Below are positions 54,293 through 62,998 of a DNA stretch of 64,000 nucleotides, piece after piece; within the stretch, counting starts at the first letter, position 1; each line of letters starts with the position of its first letter. This DNA is from a virus. Made by a program: the position numbers and the translations under genes. Below the pieces are notes generated by a model that made no database searches, was not told the origin of the DNA, and was given only the letters and a program-made list of their open reading frames with translations. The stretch lies in IMG/VR virus record IMGVR_UViG_3300032893_000028, positions 1 through 64,000 of that record. One strand, written 5' to 3'.

Positions 54293-54454
54293 TCAGACCT
54301 CCCCGTGCGGCGCGAGCAGATCGGCCGCGATTCGCTTCCCCGGCAGCGCGCAGACGCGCACCACCCTGTAGCCCATCTCCTCCAGCGATCGGAGCGCGCG
54401 GTCGCGCGGCCCCGGCGCGCCCTCGACCGTCACGCGCAGGCGCGGGCGCTTCAT
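54293..54454 (-). CDS. Small hypothetical protein (53 aa)
   Basis: MKRPRLRVTVEG...; ATGA overlap with the displaced gene end. Confidence 0.45.
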   Translation of the reverse strand: MKRPRLRVTVEGAPGPRDRALRSLEEMGYRVVRVCALPGKRIAADLLAPHGEV

Positions 54455-54552
54455 CGCCCCTTCGCCTGCACCACGACCGCCGCGTGCGGGCGCAGGACGT
54501 CGAGCGCGACCTGCTGCGCGGGGCTGGACGAGTCGACCGCGAGCACGGCCGG
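54451..54552 (-). pseudogene. Displaced original 3' end of the exonuclease gene
   Basis: PAVLAVDSSSPAQQVALDVLRPHAAVVVQAKGR matches the current C-terminus PAVLCINSSSPAQQVALEVLTPHAASIVKGL. Confidence 0.8.
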
Positions 54553-54556
54553 CGTA

Positions 54557-55042
54557 TTATTCAACATGTTTCCATGCCTTTCTCTGTCTTATGTGACGAA
54601 TAGTGTTTCTCGCGACACCTAATTGCGCCGCGAGTGAACGTGAGCCTACTTTCGATTCACGAATTTGACGCACTTGCTCGTCGGTGAATTTGGCATTGGC
54701 ATGCTTCTCTCCGCGTCGAAGATGCCCGCTATTTCTGATACCAGCTGCCGTCCTACCTCTATCTTGCCGGTCTTTTACGTTGTCTTTATGCGTACCGAGG
54801 TAAAGGTGATCTGGTCTCACGCAAAGACGGGTATCGCAGGTATGTAATACGCACATGTCTGGCGAAACAGGAACGCCTTGCGCAAGTTCCCACGCCACTC
54901 GATGAGCAGATACCAGCTTGTGTCCCACTCGAATTTGCCCGTACCCATGTAGAGTTTTCTTGGCCGTCCACAGCCAACAAGTGGCTGTCATACGAACCTT
55001 CTTCCAGAAACGGATCTCCAAGGGCCGGGCATTAGGATGCAT
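54557..55042 (-). CDS. HNH homing endonuclease
   Basis: RFWKKV, CWLW, AHRVAW, VLHTCDTRLCVRPDHLYLGT..DN; low GC. Confidence 0.9.
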   Translation of the reverse strand: MHPNARPLEIRFWKKVRMTATCWLWTAKKTLHGYGQIRVGHKLVSAHRVAWELAQGVPVSPDMCVLHTCDTRLCVRPDHLYLGTHKDNVKDRQDRGRTAAGIRNSGHLRRGEKHANAKFTDEQVRQIRESKVGSRSLAAQLGVARNTIRHIRQRKAWKHVE

Positions 55043-55047
55043 AGCGC

Positions 55048-57207
55048 TTATAGCCCTTTGACGATGCTTGCCGCGTGCGGGGTGAGAACCTCCAATGCGA
55101 CCTGCTGCGCAGGGCTGCTAGAATTGATGCACAAGACGGCGGGACAAGAATCGAGAGTTTCGCGCAGGGCCGCCGCGAGGACGGCTCGGCCGGTACCGAA
55201 GGGCGCGAGGAAGACATCGTCGAGCGGCGCGGGCTTGCCGCTGTCGCGGTCGACGTGCGCGAGGGCCGCCAGCTCGGCGATGGGCCCGATCCAGTCGGCC
55301 GCGTCGACCACGCCGGCCTTATGCGGGCCCTTGACGGGGTGGCAGTCGACATAGATGGTCGGCGCGACCGCGGGCACCTTCGGGGGCGCCTTGCGCAGGG
55401 CCTTGATGTGCTCCTGGACGCGGTCGAGCTGGTGGCCGATGGCCTTCTCCGTCTCCTTCGCGATCTGCTCGATCGCCGGCGCCTTCTCGGCGACTTGCGC
55501 CTGCGCGCGTTCGTTCGGCGCCGCCGTGAAGTGGTTGTTGACGATGGTGACCGGCTGCGCTGGCGGTGTCGACGTCGGAAGCGGCTCACGTCCTTCCTTC
55601 ACCAGCTGCTCGCGCACCATCGTGTGCGCCGGGTGCTCGGTGAGCTGGCCGCTAGCCGCTGGCGGCCCGCTGTTCTTGTACCAGGCCTCCTTATTCGGCT
55701 CGAGCGCGACGCCGGCCACGATGGGGACTTTCTCCTGCTCTGGCTCGGGGGCCGGAGTCGGCGCGGCCTTGGCCGGCGCAGGCTGGCGCAGCATACCAGG
55801 CGTGATCTTGCCGGCGAGGGCGTCCTCGATGGCGCCATCCTTCATGAGCCGCTCGACCTCGTTGAGCGAGAATCCGCGCTTTTCGTTCAGCTCGCCGTAG
55901 ATGCGCAGCATCTCCGCCGGGTCCGTCGCCGCTTTCTTCGGCCGGCCGCGCTTCTTGGTCTTCTCCTCGGCTGCGTCCGATTCGGCGCTCGTCGACGTGC
56001 GAGGGGGCGCGTCGGGCGGCAGGACGCGGCCGGGCTCGCAGACCGTGCAGGCGTGGCCGGGCTCGACCGGGATGAAGCCCTGCCCGTTTGAGCTCGCGTA
56101 GTGGCCGTTGCCGTTGCAGGGCTGGCCGCTCTTGTAGCCCGCGTCCTTCGGTAGGACATCGCCCGGGTGGGCGTGGTTGGGGTTGGCGGGCTGGTAGCCC
56201 GCTGCCGTCGAAGCCTGCTCCTGCGTCGGAATCGGCTGTACGACGACGTACGACTGCCCCTCCTTCGTCACCATCGGCTGACTCACGACCGCCTGCGTCG
56301 CCGTTCCATTCGCCGCGTTCGCCTGCGCGGCCTTGGCCGCGTTCAACCTGTCGATCAGACTCATCCCGCTCATGGTCTTCTTCCTTCCTCCTAAGACGTC
56401 CAACCCACAGCGCGCGCGGAAGTGGCACCCGCCGAACCGCTCGCACCCGGTCTTTCCGAACTCGTCCACGTCCAGCGCTCCCAGCGCCGGCAGGTCCTCG
56501 AAGCTCGCCGCCTCCTTGGCCGCCTGCACCATCGCCCGCACGCCGTCGTGCAGCGAGGCCCACTGCGCCATGACGTGGTCGCGGTCCATCTCCGCCGGCT
56601 CCGACAGCCGCGCGCCCCGGAAGCGGTAGCCCACGGGGTGCTTGGCGTCCTTGTCGAACTTCGCCGTGACGTGGCGGGCGCGCACGCGCTTGACCTCGGG
56701 GATGGTCCACAGCCAGGCCGAATAGCTGATCGGCTGGATGTGCGCGCGGAGCTGCTCGGCCGTCTTGGCGTAGCGGAAGTCGGACGTGCTCTTGAGGTCG
56801 TCGACGAACACGTCCCCCGGCGCCGCCTCGTACAGGAAGTCCGGGTAGCCGACCAGCACCGGGCCGCCCTCGTACGTGGGCGTCACGATCTTTTGCTGGA
56901 TGACCACGCCCGGCGGCAGGAGCTTGACGATCCCGTCGACGGCCTCCCGCCACCCGGGGTGCACCGCCTCGCCGCGGTAGTGCTTCTGCACCTCGTGGTC
57001 GACCGCCGTTCCGCGCGCCTGCGCGTCGGTCTGCGGCGCCCAGTCGCCCTCCACGTAGCCGCCGAACCACTGCCGCGGGCACTGGCCCCAGCGGTCCATG
57101 GCGCTGGCGCTCGTCGACTGCAGGACCTTGAGTCGGCGCTCGGCGTGCGCGTCGCGCACGAGAACGCCCGCAGCCCGCAGCCGCTCTTCTACCGATTCAG
57201 ATGACAC
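55048..57207 (-). CDS. PD-(D/E)XK (RecB/Cas4-like) exonuclease with a long C-terminal extension
   Basis: SAS...CPRQW, RGTAVD, GYPD, DDLKS and C...GCHF..RC motifs. Confidence 0.8.
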   Translation of the reverse strand: MSSESVEERLRAAGVLVRDAHAERRLKVLQSTSASAMDRWGQCPRQWFGGYVEGDWAPQTDAQARGTAVDHEVQKHYRGEAVHPGWREAVDGIVKLLPPGVVIQQKIVTPTYEGGPVLVGYPDFLYEAAPGDVFVDDLKSTSDFRYAKTAEQLRAHIQPISYSAWLWTIPEVKRVRARHVTAKFDKDAKHPVGYRFRGARLSEPAEMDRDHVMAQWASLHDGVRAMVQAAKEAASFEDLPALGALDVDEFGKTGCERFGGCHFRARCGLDVLGGRKKTMSGMSLIDRLNAAKAAQANAANGTATQAVVSQPMVTKEGQSYVVVQPIPTQEQASTAAGYQPANPNHAHPGDVLPKDAGYKSGQPCNGNGHYASSNGQGFIPVEPGHACTVCEPGRVLPPDAPPRTSTSAESDAAEEKTKKRGRPKKAATDPAEMLRIYGELNEKRGFSLNEVERLMKDGAIEDALAGKITPGMLRQPAPAKAAPTPAPEPEQEKVPIVAGVALEPNKEAWYKNSGPPAASGQLTEHPAHTMVREQLVKEGREPLPTSTPPAQPVTIVNNHFTAAPNERAQAQVAEKAPAIEQIAKETEKAIGHQLDRVQEHIKALRKAPPKVPAVAPTIYVDCHPVKGPHKAGVVDAADWIGPIAELAALAHVDRDSGKPAPLDDVFLAPFGTGRAVLAAALRETLDSCPAVLCINSSSPAQQVALEVLTPHAASIVKGL

Positions 57208-57216
57208 GCGTCCCCC

Positions 57217-57256
57217 ACCTTGCCCGCGATGCGGGTGTTCGTCAACTAAAATCTAC
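57217..57256 (-). promoter_or_regulatory. Early-type promoter, copy 9
   Basis: AGATTTTAG-TTGACG-N17-CAAGGT. Confidence 0.7.
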
Positions 57257-57738
57257 TTATCCCAGTCGGGCCCGAGGGTGCGGTACTCGATTTTATGGCA
57301 CGCCAGATCATCGGGCAGTACGGCTTGACGCAACAGCGTCTTGGCGTGCTCCTCGCCCGCGCGCATCCCGCGCGACCAGCCAAGGTCCGTGTAGAACGCG
57401 GTCGCATGCATCGCCTCGCGCATGGCGAAGCCGGCGCGAATGCCCAGCTCGCGCTCCTCGGGGACGTCGTCGCGCAGCACCCCCGGCAGCGTCAGAAGCC
57501 CATGCGACGCGTACGGCGTTTCCCCACGCCTGACGCAGTCGCGCAGGCAAGCCGCGAGGTAGCGGGCGTTGCGCGTGGCTTCCCATTTTCGCCTGTCCGC
57601 GGCGGTACAATGCGCGCACCCACAATCCCACGCATAACCGCCATACCCTTTGACTTGGACGTAGGGGCTCCCCTTGCACCCGCCCTCGGGCAGCGGCGTC
57701 TGCGGCGCGAAGGGCGACTCGACATGCACGCGCCTCAC
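57253..57738 (-). CDS. Conserved phage protein, nucleoside deoxyribosyltransferase-like fold
   Basis: VESPFA, GETPYASH, ERELGI and YTDLGWSRGM motifs. Confidence 0.65.
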   Translation of the reverse strand: MRRVHVESPFAPQTPLPEGGCKGSPYVQVKGYGGYAWDCGCAHCTAADRRKWEATRNARYLAACLRDCVRRGETPYASHGLLTLPGVLRDDVPEERELGIRAGFAMREAMHATAFYTDLGWSRGMRAGEEHAKTLLRQAVLPDDLACHKIEYRTLGPDWDK

Positions 57739-58013
57739 GCCGGTCTCCGCTCGCGCATGCGCGCCCGCAGGCGCGCGGCCACCCATGACGGCGACCTGCC
57801 CGTCGCGGCCTCGACCTCGCGGTCGAGCAGGATCTCGTCGACGCCGCAGGAGCAGTCGACGCGGAAGATCCCATGCCCGTCGTCGAACGTGACCAGACTG
57901 TGGCCCATGGCCTCATGCCCGGGCAAGAGCGCCGCGAGGATCTCGCGGGACGTGGACTTGTCGTCGATGATGTTCGGGGCGTCGACGCAGCCGTTGGCGT
58001 TCAGCTTCCTCAT
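57735..58013 (-). CDS. Hypothetical protein
   Basis: Coupled ORF. Confidence 0.45.
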   Translation of the reverse strand: MRKLNANGCVDAPNIIDDKSTSREILAALLPGHEAMGHSLVTFDDGHGIFRVDCSCGVDEILLDREVEAATGRSPSWVAARLRARMRERRPA

Positions 58014-58131
58014 TCGTCGCAATCCCAATCAGTAGGCAACGGCCGACCGCACGTCGGGCACGCGAATGTGATCTCGTACTCGACGGCCTCTTGGTCGTCG
58101 GTCTCGTCCATGAACGGAAAACTGAGCTGCG

Positions 58132-59403
58132 TCACGTCGTCTCCTCCGCGGCCTCGGCCGCATCCTTGATCTTGTAGCCGAGCGCCTCTTGCTCCGCCTT
58201 CCATTCCGCCTTGCGGCGGCGCATGAGCTTGAGGTACGCCTCGTAACCCTCGGACTTCTGTTGCGAGAAGCCCAGTCCCTTGCCCCAGTAGTCGTTGCGC
58301 AGGAGCGACTTGCACACGCGCCGCCACGACGGCGCCTTGCGCTGCGCCTCCATGTCGTAGTCGGCCTCGTCGGGGATCCCCTTCGGGTACCCGCGTTCGG
58401 TCCACCACTTCTCGAACAAGAGCACCTTGTTTCGGTAGTGCTCGCGCGACTTGGGCGGCATGCTGGCGACGAGGAGCTCGGCGAAGCTGCGCCACGTGTG
58501 CCCCGGCGGCTTGGTCACGCGCCGGTAGCCATTGATGTTGCCCCACTCCTGGACGTACAGAGCGCCGCCGTTGGCGCCGTTGACGCGCGCCACGACGCGG
58601 GCCCATGTCTGCGGCTCGACGACGTGGTACAGCCACAAGTTGCGCCGTTGGTCGTCGCCGTAGGGCTGGCAGATGCGCATCTGGTGCGGCGTCAATCCGG
58701 CCTGATGCATGAGGTCGTAGAGCCGATTGTGCCTCCGCTCGGGCCACTTGGCGTGGTACGTCCAGAGGTCGTCGACGTGCCAGTCGTAGATCGGGTAGAC
58801 GTTGTAGAGCTGCTGCTCGCCGACGCGCGACGTCCAGCGCCATCCCCGCCACGTCTCTTTGTCGGAGAGTGCGATCGTGCGGAACCGATTGAGTGACTCG
58901 TCCGTGCGGATGCCGACGAAGCACGCGCACCGCTCGCCCTGCGCATACCACTCGCCGAAGAACGGCACGAACTCCTCGAACTCCATCGACCGCCAGAAGA
59001 AGGGGAAGAACTTCTCGTCGGTGATGGCGAAGTCCGGCGGCTGGCGCACCCACGCCTCGCGCGCCTCGGGGTCCCAGCAGGTCCAGAAGGGCTCGTAGAC
59101 CGAGACCGCATTGCGCAGGTGAATGGGCAGGCAGCACCAGAAGGGCTCCGTGCAGTCGGCGTACTCGCGGAAGAGCGCCTCGCCGTGCTCCATCGTCACG
59201 CCGAATTGCGCCTCTAGATCGATGAGCAGCAGGCCGAACTTGCGCCCGCGCTTGCGCGCCTCGTCGGCGACAAGGTGCAGCATCACCGTCGAGTCCTTGC
59301 CGGCCGAAAAGCTGAGGTACACGCGTGGGAACTCGTCGAACACGCGCGCGATGCGCTCGCGAGCGGCGGTGAGCACGTCGACGTCTAGGTATCGCTTAAG
59401 CAC
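58132..59403 (-). CDS. ibrA: PAPS-reductase-family/DUF3440 protein (IbrA/YbdN-like)
   Basis: SFSAGKDS, IDLEAQ, LRNAVS, VGIRTDESLNRF, YPIYDW, MRICQPYG and PSWRRVCKSLLRND motifs. Confidence 0.88.
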   Translation of the reverse strand: MLKRYLDVDVLTAARERIARVFDEFPRVYLSFSAGKDSTVMLHLVADEARKRGRKFGLLLIDLEAQFGVTMEHGEALFREYADCTEPFWCCLPIHLRNAVSVYEPFWTCWDPEAREAWVRQPPDFAITDEKFFPFFWRSMEFEEFVPFFGEWYAQGERCACFVGIRTDESLNRFRTIALSDKETWRGWRWTSRVGEQQLYNVYPIYDWHVDDLWTYHAKWPERRHNRLYDLMHQAGLTPHQMRICQPYGDDQRRNLWLYHVVEPQTWARVVARVNGANGGALYVQEWGNINGYRRVTKPPGHTWRSFAELLVASMPPKSREHYRNKVLLFEKWWTERGYPKGIPDEADYDMEAQRKAPSWRRVCKSLLRNDYWGKGLGFSQQKSEGYEAYLKLMRRRKAEWKAEQEALGYKIKDAAEAAEETT

Positions 59404-59773
59404 GTGGGTCCCTCCATTCGGCGGCGCACTCCGCGGCGTCGCGATCGGCGCGCTCGCGCTCCTCGGGCGACAGCTCCCAGTAGCCCGCGCGCATGAATTC
59501 CTCGGGGATGTGGGCGACCAGCGCCGCACCGGCGTGCGCCAGCCAGTTGGACTTATTGAGCGACGGCGTCGTGAAGGCGACGAGGCAACTCGTCGGCCAC
59601 TCGGCCAGCGCCCGGCGCATGGCAGCGCGGAAGACATTCGAGTCGCGCAAGTGCGCTACGGCCATCGCGAGCCATCGGGCGCGCTCGGAGTCACCGGCGA
59701 CGCGGCGCCACATGCCGGCGTGGAACTCCTCAAGGTCACGGTAGTCGGCGTAGAAGCGCGGCAGGCTAGGCAT
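59396..59773 (-). CDS. Hypothetical protein, paralogue B
   Basis: FYADYRDLEEFHAGMWRR...EWPTSC...PE. Confidence 0.7.
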   Translation of the reverse strand: MPSLPRFYADYRDLEEFHAGMWRRVAGDSERARWLAMAVAHLRDSNVFRAAMRRALAEWPTSCLVAFTTPSLNKSNWLAHAGAALVAHIPEEFMRAGYWELSPEERERADRDAAECAAEWRDPRA

Positions 59774-60179
59774 GAGCCGCCTTCCAGCACGCCTCGGCCT
59801 CGGCCGCGCACTCATCGGCGGCGAGTCGCTGCGCATCGGTCAGCTTCCACCAGGCGCGCCGGGTCAGGTGCTCGGGCACACCGTGGGCGATGCAGCACGC
59901 GGCGGCGCCGAACCAGGCGTAGTGGTTGCCGCGGCGGGTGAGCTCCGCCTTGCAGCTCGTCGGCCACTCGCGCAGCACGCGCGCCAGCGCGTTGCGGAAG
60001 CGATCGGGGTTACGCAGCAGGCGCACGGCCAGCGCGATGAGGTTGAGCTGGTGCGCCTCGCCCGACGCGCGCCGCCACATGCCGGCCTCGTACTCCTCGA
60101 GCTCGCGGTAGTCGGCGTAGTACCGCCCCCGCTCGGGCGCGCGCCCCGGGCCGATGAGGTCCCGCTCCCAGTTACCCAT
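59766..60179 (-). CDS. Hypothetical protein, paralogue A
   Basis: YYADYRELEEYEAGMWRR...EWPTSC...AWFGAAACC...PE. Confidence 0.7.
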   Translation of the reverse strand: MGNWERDLIGPGRAPERGRYYADYRELEEYEAGMWRRASGEAHQLNLIALAVRLLRNPDRFRNALARVLREWPTSCKAELTRRGNHYAWFGAAACCIAHGVPEHLTRRAWWKLTDAQRLAADECAAEAEACWKAAHA

Positions 60180-60891
60180 CGATCACCTCCTCCTCCACCG
60201 TCGGCTCACCGGCGAGCGCGTCGACCTCCTCATCGTCCGCGGCAAGGTCCGTCTCCCAGGCGCGCGAGAAGCTGCGGTCCTTGAAGGCCTCGCGCAAGCC
60301 GGTGATCTGCGCCAAGCGCAGCACTTCGTCGGGGTCCATGCCGAGGTCGCGGCCGATCTTCTCGTCGCTCCAGTTGCGGCGCTTGAGCTCGATCACGATC
60401 TTGGACATCTGCTCGACCTGGTGCTTCCCGCGCGCCCGGTTGTGGCGAATGGTCGAGGCGATGCGGTCTGAGCGGTCCTTTTGCGTCGAGCGAATTTGCA
60501 CGACCGGCAGGTAGCCCTGGACGCGCTTGCGCACCACGTCCGACTCCTTGCCGACGCGATGGCGATGGAAGCCGTCGACGACGACGAACGCGGCCTTCTC
60601 CTCGTCGAGGTCGGCGACGATGGGCTGCGTATAGCCGTCGGCGTCGATGGAAATCTCGAGCAACTTCATCTCCGGCGGCGCCACGGCGTTGGGGTTGTAG
60701 TCGTTCGCCGTGACGAGGTCCGACTCGATCCACAGGACGCAGTCGACCGGCTCGGACGCGAACGGACTCACGTCGTGGAGCGCCTCTTTAATGCGGTTGC
60801 ACGCGTCGACGCGCTCGGCGAGCGGCATGTCCTTGATGGCTGCGAAGAGCCTCTGCGCCTCCGCGACGACGTCCTTTTGCCTCTTTTCCAC
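60172..60891 (-). CDS. ibrB: ParB/Srx-fold protein (IbrB/YbdM-like)
   Basis: ANDYNPNAVAPPEM, DGYTQPIV, VVDGFHR and STIRHNRARGKH motifs. Confidence 0.88.
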   Translation of the reverse strand: MEKRQKDVVAEAQRLFAAIKDMPLAERVDACNRIKEALHDVSPFASEPVDCVLWIESDLVTANDYNPNAVAPPEMKLLEISIDADGYTQPIVADLDEEKAAFVVVDGFHRHRVGKESDVVRKRVQGYLPVVQIRSTQKDRSDRIASTIRHNRARGKHQVEQMSKIVIELKRRNWSDEKIGRDLGMDPDEVLRLAQITGLREAFKDRSFSRAWETDLAADDEEVDALAGEPTVEEEVIDG

Positions 60892-61108
60892 GGTTACGCC
60901 CTCTTCGCCGCGAATCGCCCGCGACGCGTAAATCGGTAGGTCCTTGTCCGGCGCTCCGCCGCGCAGCACGGCCGGCACATGCGCGACTGCGTGTGGATCC
61001 AAACGCCGCAGGCGCAGCGGCGCGATTTCTGACGCGATGGCGCGCCCTGGCGCTCGCCAGCGTGGCGGCGAATATTGTGCCCGCTGATGCCGCAGTGGTT
61101 GCAGGCCA

Positions 61109-62100
61109 TTACCACACGCTCCCGCGGTCGCGGTCGGTCGACGCGCGACGCTCGCGCGCCCGACCGCAGAAGGGGCAGAAGTCGACCGGGTAGTGGCGCC
61201 CGGCGGCGACGAGGTAGAGCACCCCGCGGAGCCGCGTGGCGCGCAGCACTCCGGCGGCGAGCGCCGATTCGAGCGCGTCGCAACATACCTCGACCATGGA
61301 CGACTCGGCGCGCTCCTCAGGCGACGGCGGCCCCATGCGGAGGATCATCGATTCCACCAATCCTCCCCGCTCGCGCGCCGGCGAGCCTGGTACACCTTCG
61401 TGAAGTCCACCACGCGCGCCGACGGCTCGCGCACGACCCGGTTGCGCTCGCGGGCGCGGCGCACGAGCCAGACCCCGAACGCGAACGGCACCGTCACGAC
61501 CGCGGGCGTCAAGAAAAAGAGGGCGATGAGCGCCAAGCGGCGGCGACGCGGGGTCATCGCTTCACCGGTTCGGTTCCGTAGAGCAGAAGCTGCGCCTGCA
61601 GCCGCGCGATCGTGATCCTGTTCTGCTCCGTGAACAGCTCTCGATTCTCCTTGCTGTCCATCGCCCGCAGGAAGTAGCGGAGCACCGCCGCGAGCACGCG
61701 CGCCTCCTCCCTCGAGATCTTCACGGCACCCACCCCGCGACCGAGGCCCACGACAGGCTCGCCGCTGCGCCGAAGGCCGCGCCCGCGAGGCCGACCAGCG
61801 CCAGCACCGCGCGGCGCTCGCTCTCGGGGGCAAGGACGGCGAAGATCGCGGCCGACACCGCGCAGGCGTAGCCGACGTCGAGCGCGGTCACGAGCGCGCC
61901 TCCGACCGGCGATCGGCGTCGGCGAACGCCTCCTCCCAGCTCCAGCCCCGACCGTAGGCGAACGTGCCGTTGGGCAGCATATCGCCTCCGATCGTGCCGA
62001 CGATGCATTCGCCGTCGCGGGTGATGGCAGTACCCGAGAACCCCCAGCGCCGACGCGCCTCCCTGCGCGCGTCATCGATGCCCATGATGGCCGGCTTCAT
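61109..62100 (-). other. Run of five small coupled hypothetical genes (61109-61360, 61345-61557, 61554-61724, 61721-61891, 61888-62100)
   Basis: Overlapping stop/start junctions downstream of promoter copy 10. Confidence 0.5.
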
Positions 62101-62120
62101 GCTCCCCTCCTCGTGCCCCC

Positions 62121-62160
62121 ACCTTGCGCCTAGTCGCTCCGTTCGTCAACAAAAATCTTC
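62121..62160 (-). promoter_or_regulatory. Early-type promoter, copy 10
   Basis: AGATTTTTG-TTGACG-N17-CAAGGT. Confidence 0.72.
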
Positions 62161-62196
62161 TAACGCGGTGCGCACCGTCGGCGATCGTGGGCAAGC

Positions 62197-62226
62197 TTGA
62201 CACGCGAGAGGACAACGTAGCACAAT
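62197..62226 (+). promoter_or_regulatory. Possible rightward promoter
   Basis: TTGACA-N18-CACAAT, divergent from copy 10. Confidence 0.45.
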
Positions 62227-62237
62227 CGTCACCTTCC

Positions 62238-62462
62238 ATGAAAACAAAAAACAAAAAGTCGAGCGCGCCCGTCGCCGCGTCCGCCCGACGGGAGCTGCTC
62301 GCGCTCGTGCGCCAGTTGGGAGAGGACGCCGTGCTCGCTGTGCTCGGCACTCGGCGCGACACTCTAGCGCGGGCGCTCGCCGGTCTGAACGTGCACGCCG
62401 GCACGCGCGCGGCCGTCGAGGCGGCGCTCGCCAAGCTGGCGGCCGAGCGCGGTGCGGCATGA
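62238..62462 (+). CDS. Small HTH-like protein
   Basis: AVLAVLGTRRDTLARALAG. Confidence 0.5.
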   Translation: MKTKNKKSSAPVAASARRELLALVRQLGEDAVLAVLGTRRDTLARALAGLNVHAGTRAAVEAALAKLAAERGAA

Positions 62463-62998
62463 GATGCCCAAAATGCGGTGGTGCGTTCGACAAGTGCATC
62501 GACGGGGCTTTGTGCGTCGACTGCAAAGGCGTTGGCCATTGTACCAAATGCGAAATGCAAGCTTGGGTACTAGCGCCAGATGGCGATTTTTATATACCGA
62601 ATTCGCCTATCGAACGTCTTCTATTGACGGCATTACTGCGTCAATGTCCCGCTGATATCGTTTGGGAGCAGACACGCCAATGCTATGGTAATTCATACGG
62701 TTATAATATTTTTTGTTGTGCCAAGTCTGACGATCCCCCCTTTTTAGTACCGCAATATCCTGTCGGTCGTTATCGAATCGATTTCGCCATTATTGGCGAC
62801 GATCGAAAAATCGCTATCGAGGCAGACGGGCACGACTTCCACGAGCGAACGAAGCAGCAAGCCGAGCACGACCGGCGACGCGATAGAGACCTTCAGGCCG
62901 CTGGGTGGACCGTCTATCGATATACCGGCTCGGAAATCTACCGTGATGCCGATGCCTGCGCGCGAGAGATCTTCGCGCGCGTGTGGGGGCTCGCATGA
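62459..62998 (+). CDS. DUF559/Vsr-like endonuclease
   Basis: PQYPVGRYRIDFAI, IEADGHDFH and DRRRDRDLQAAGWTVYRY motifs. Confidence 0.85.
   Translation: MRCPKCGGAFDKCIDGALCVDCKGVGHCTKCEMQAWVLAPDGDFYIPNSPIERLLLTALLRQCPADIVWEQTRQCYGNSYGYNIFCCAKSDDPPFLVPQYPVGRYRIDFAIIGDDRKIAIEADGHDFHERTKQQAEHDRRRDRDLQAAGWTVYRYTGSEIYRDADACAREIFARVWGLA

Noticed and set aside
54553-55143. Group I intron around the HNH gene
   Set aside because: Coding sequence fills the interval, leaving no room for a ribozyme core; the duplicated gene end explains the arrangement without splicing.
55048-57207. Cas4 as evidence of a CRISPR-Cas system
   Set aside because: A solo PD-(D/E)XK exonuclease is common in phage replication modules; no other cas genes or arrays are present.
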